The notes under the pieces: generated by a model
The model's database searches: none
What the model was told of the DNA's origin: nothing
The model's input: only the letters and a program-made list of their open reading frames with translations
Virus genome (UHGV): UHGV-0198360
Length of the DNA: 37,260 nt
Strand: one strand, 5' to 3'
Source: a virus
Translations under genes and position numbers: made by a program
In this document: positions 36,656 through 37,260 of the stretch, piece after piece
How the letters are laid out: each line of letters opens with the position of its first letter
Position numbering within the stretch: position 1 is the first letter of the stretch

Positions 36656-37216
36656 ATGACAGTGCATACAATTAAGCAATGCCGTCCTGACCAGAAAGAA
36701 ACCGAGTATTTCTGGAAGTTGTTTCATGCGGCACAACGCAATGACGCTCGCTGGCACGGTAGTGAAAGCAGCATTATCGCTGATGAGCTATCCCGAACGG
36801 ATTTAGATCGTAACCAAAAACTGTTTCTTCTCCGCGCCTGGCAAGTGCTTGTAGACGACAAAGGTGGATTCGGGCGCTTTATTGGTGCCTTTGATACTTA
36901 CGTCTACAACATGCAGGACCCGGATGATGACTGCGTAGCGTGGAAGCCTGAACTTAGCAAACTGCTGTGTGACGGGCAATTGTTGGACGTGGTTATCGAT
37001 GCTTATCAGTCTGCTCGGCAGCGCATAGCAGAACTGGAGACGCGGACTATAACCGTGAAGTTTGAGCCAATACCTATGGAAGAACTAGGCAACCGTCGAG
37101 ACGGTAAAAAGCACCCGTATATGTTTGGGGCTGGCTATAACAGCGCTGTAGTTCACTGTGAAAGCGTATTGCATCAGGCATGTGCCGCCGCTGGCTTTGG
37201 CGTGAAGGGTGAGTGA
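36656..37216 (+). CDS. Hypothetical early-left operon protein (186 aa)
   Basis: ORF track; SD AGGAG; no motif recognised. Confidence 0.5.
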   Translation: MTVHTIKQCRPDQKETEYFWKLFHAAQRNDARWHGSESSIIADELSRTDLDRNQKLFLLRAWQVLVDDKGGFGRFIGAFDTYVYNMQDPDDDCVAWKPELSKLLCDGQLLDVVIDAYQSARQRIAELETRTITVKFEPIPMEELGNRRDGKKHPYMFGAGYNSAVVHCESVLHQACAAAGFGVKGE

Positions 37217-37217
37217 G

Positions 37218-37260
37218 ATGGCAGAAGTAACTCTTCGCAATGCCGACTGTTTCGACGTCT
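37218..37260 (+). CDS. Start of a further early-left gene (5' fragment, MAEVTLRNADCFDV...)
   Basis: ATG 1 nt after upstream stop with SD-like GAGTGAG; open to window end. Confidence 0.3.
   Translation, partial: MAEVTLRNADCFDV

Larger units (their letters stand above)
1..37260. mobile_element. Lambdoid prophage segment (partial; both ends outside window); HK97-like head module, siphovirus tail, lambda-like regulatory layout
   Basis: Contiguous, syntenic phage modules (immunity, replication, nin-like, Q, lysis, packaging, head, tail) with overlapping start/stop codons; no host housekeeping genes seen. Confidence 0.85.

Noticed and set aside
1-37260. CRISPR arrays, IS elements, integrase or att sites
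   Set aside because: No regularly spaced direct repeats with unique spacers, no transposase-like ORFs with terminal inverted repeats, and no integrase-like ORF; the prophage ends appear to lie outside the window

Overview
Almost the whole 37.3-kb window is one lambdoid prophage segment (HK97-type head genes, siphovirus tail) from an enterobacterial-type genome, called from ORF translations and motifs read by eye; no searches were run. The late operon is on the minus strand, running from high to low coordinates: immunity switch (cI on plus, Cro-like and YdaT/CII-like on minus, ~31.6-33.1 kb), replication initiator with internal iterons, Dam-like and Dcm-like methyltransferases, RusA, Rha antirepressor, DUF968-like protein, Q antiterminator with PR'/tR', lysis cassette (holin, GH19-type endolysin, Rz/Rz1), two glycosyltransferase-like cargo genes, HNH, terminase small and large subunits, portal, protease, major capsid, head-tail joining genes, major tail, G/GT frameshift chaperone, tape measure, tail tip genes and a truncated tail fiber at the window start. 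The plus-strand early-left operon (N-like antiterminator, RdgC-like, HD-domain protein, small genes) runs off the right edge; no integrase, att site, CRISPR array, tRNA or IS element was seen. The most interesting candidates for undescribed function are AT-rich moron insertions in the tail and late-promoter regions, the glycosyltransferase pair, a Dam-like methyltransferase fused to an unknown domain, and an ORF-poor structured stretch downstream of N. Gene boundaries were refined by hand from start codons and Shine-Dalgarno motifs; family names are from memory of conserved motifs and gene order and should be confirmed by HMM or BLAST searches.
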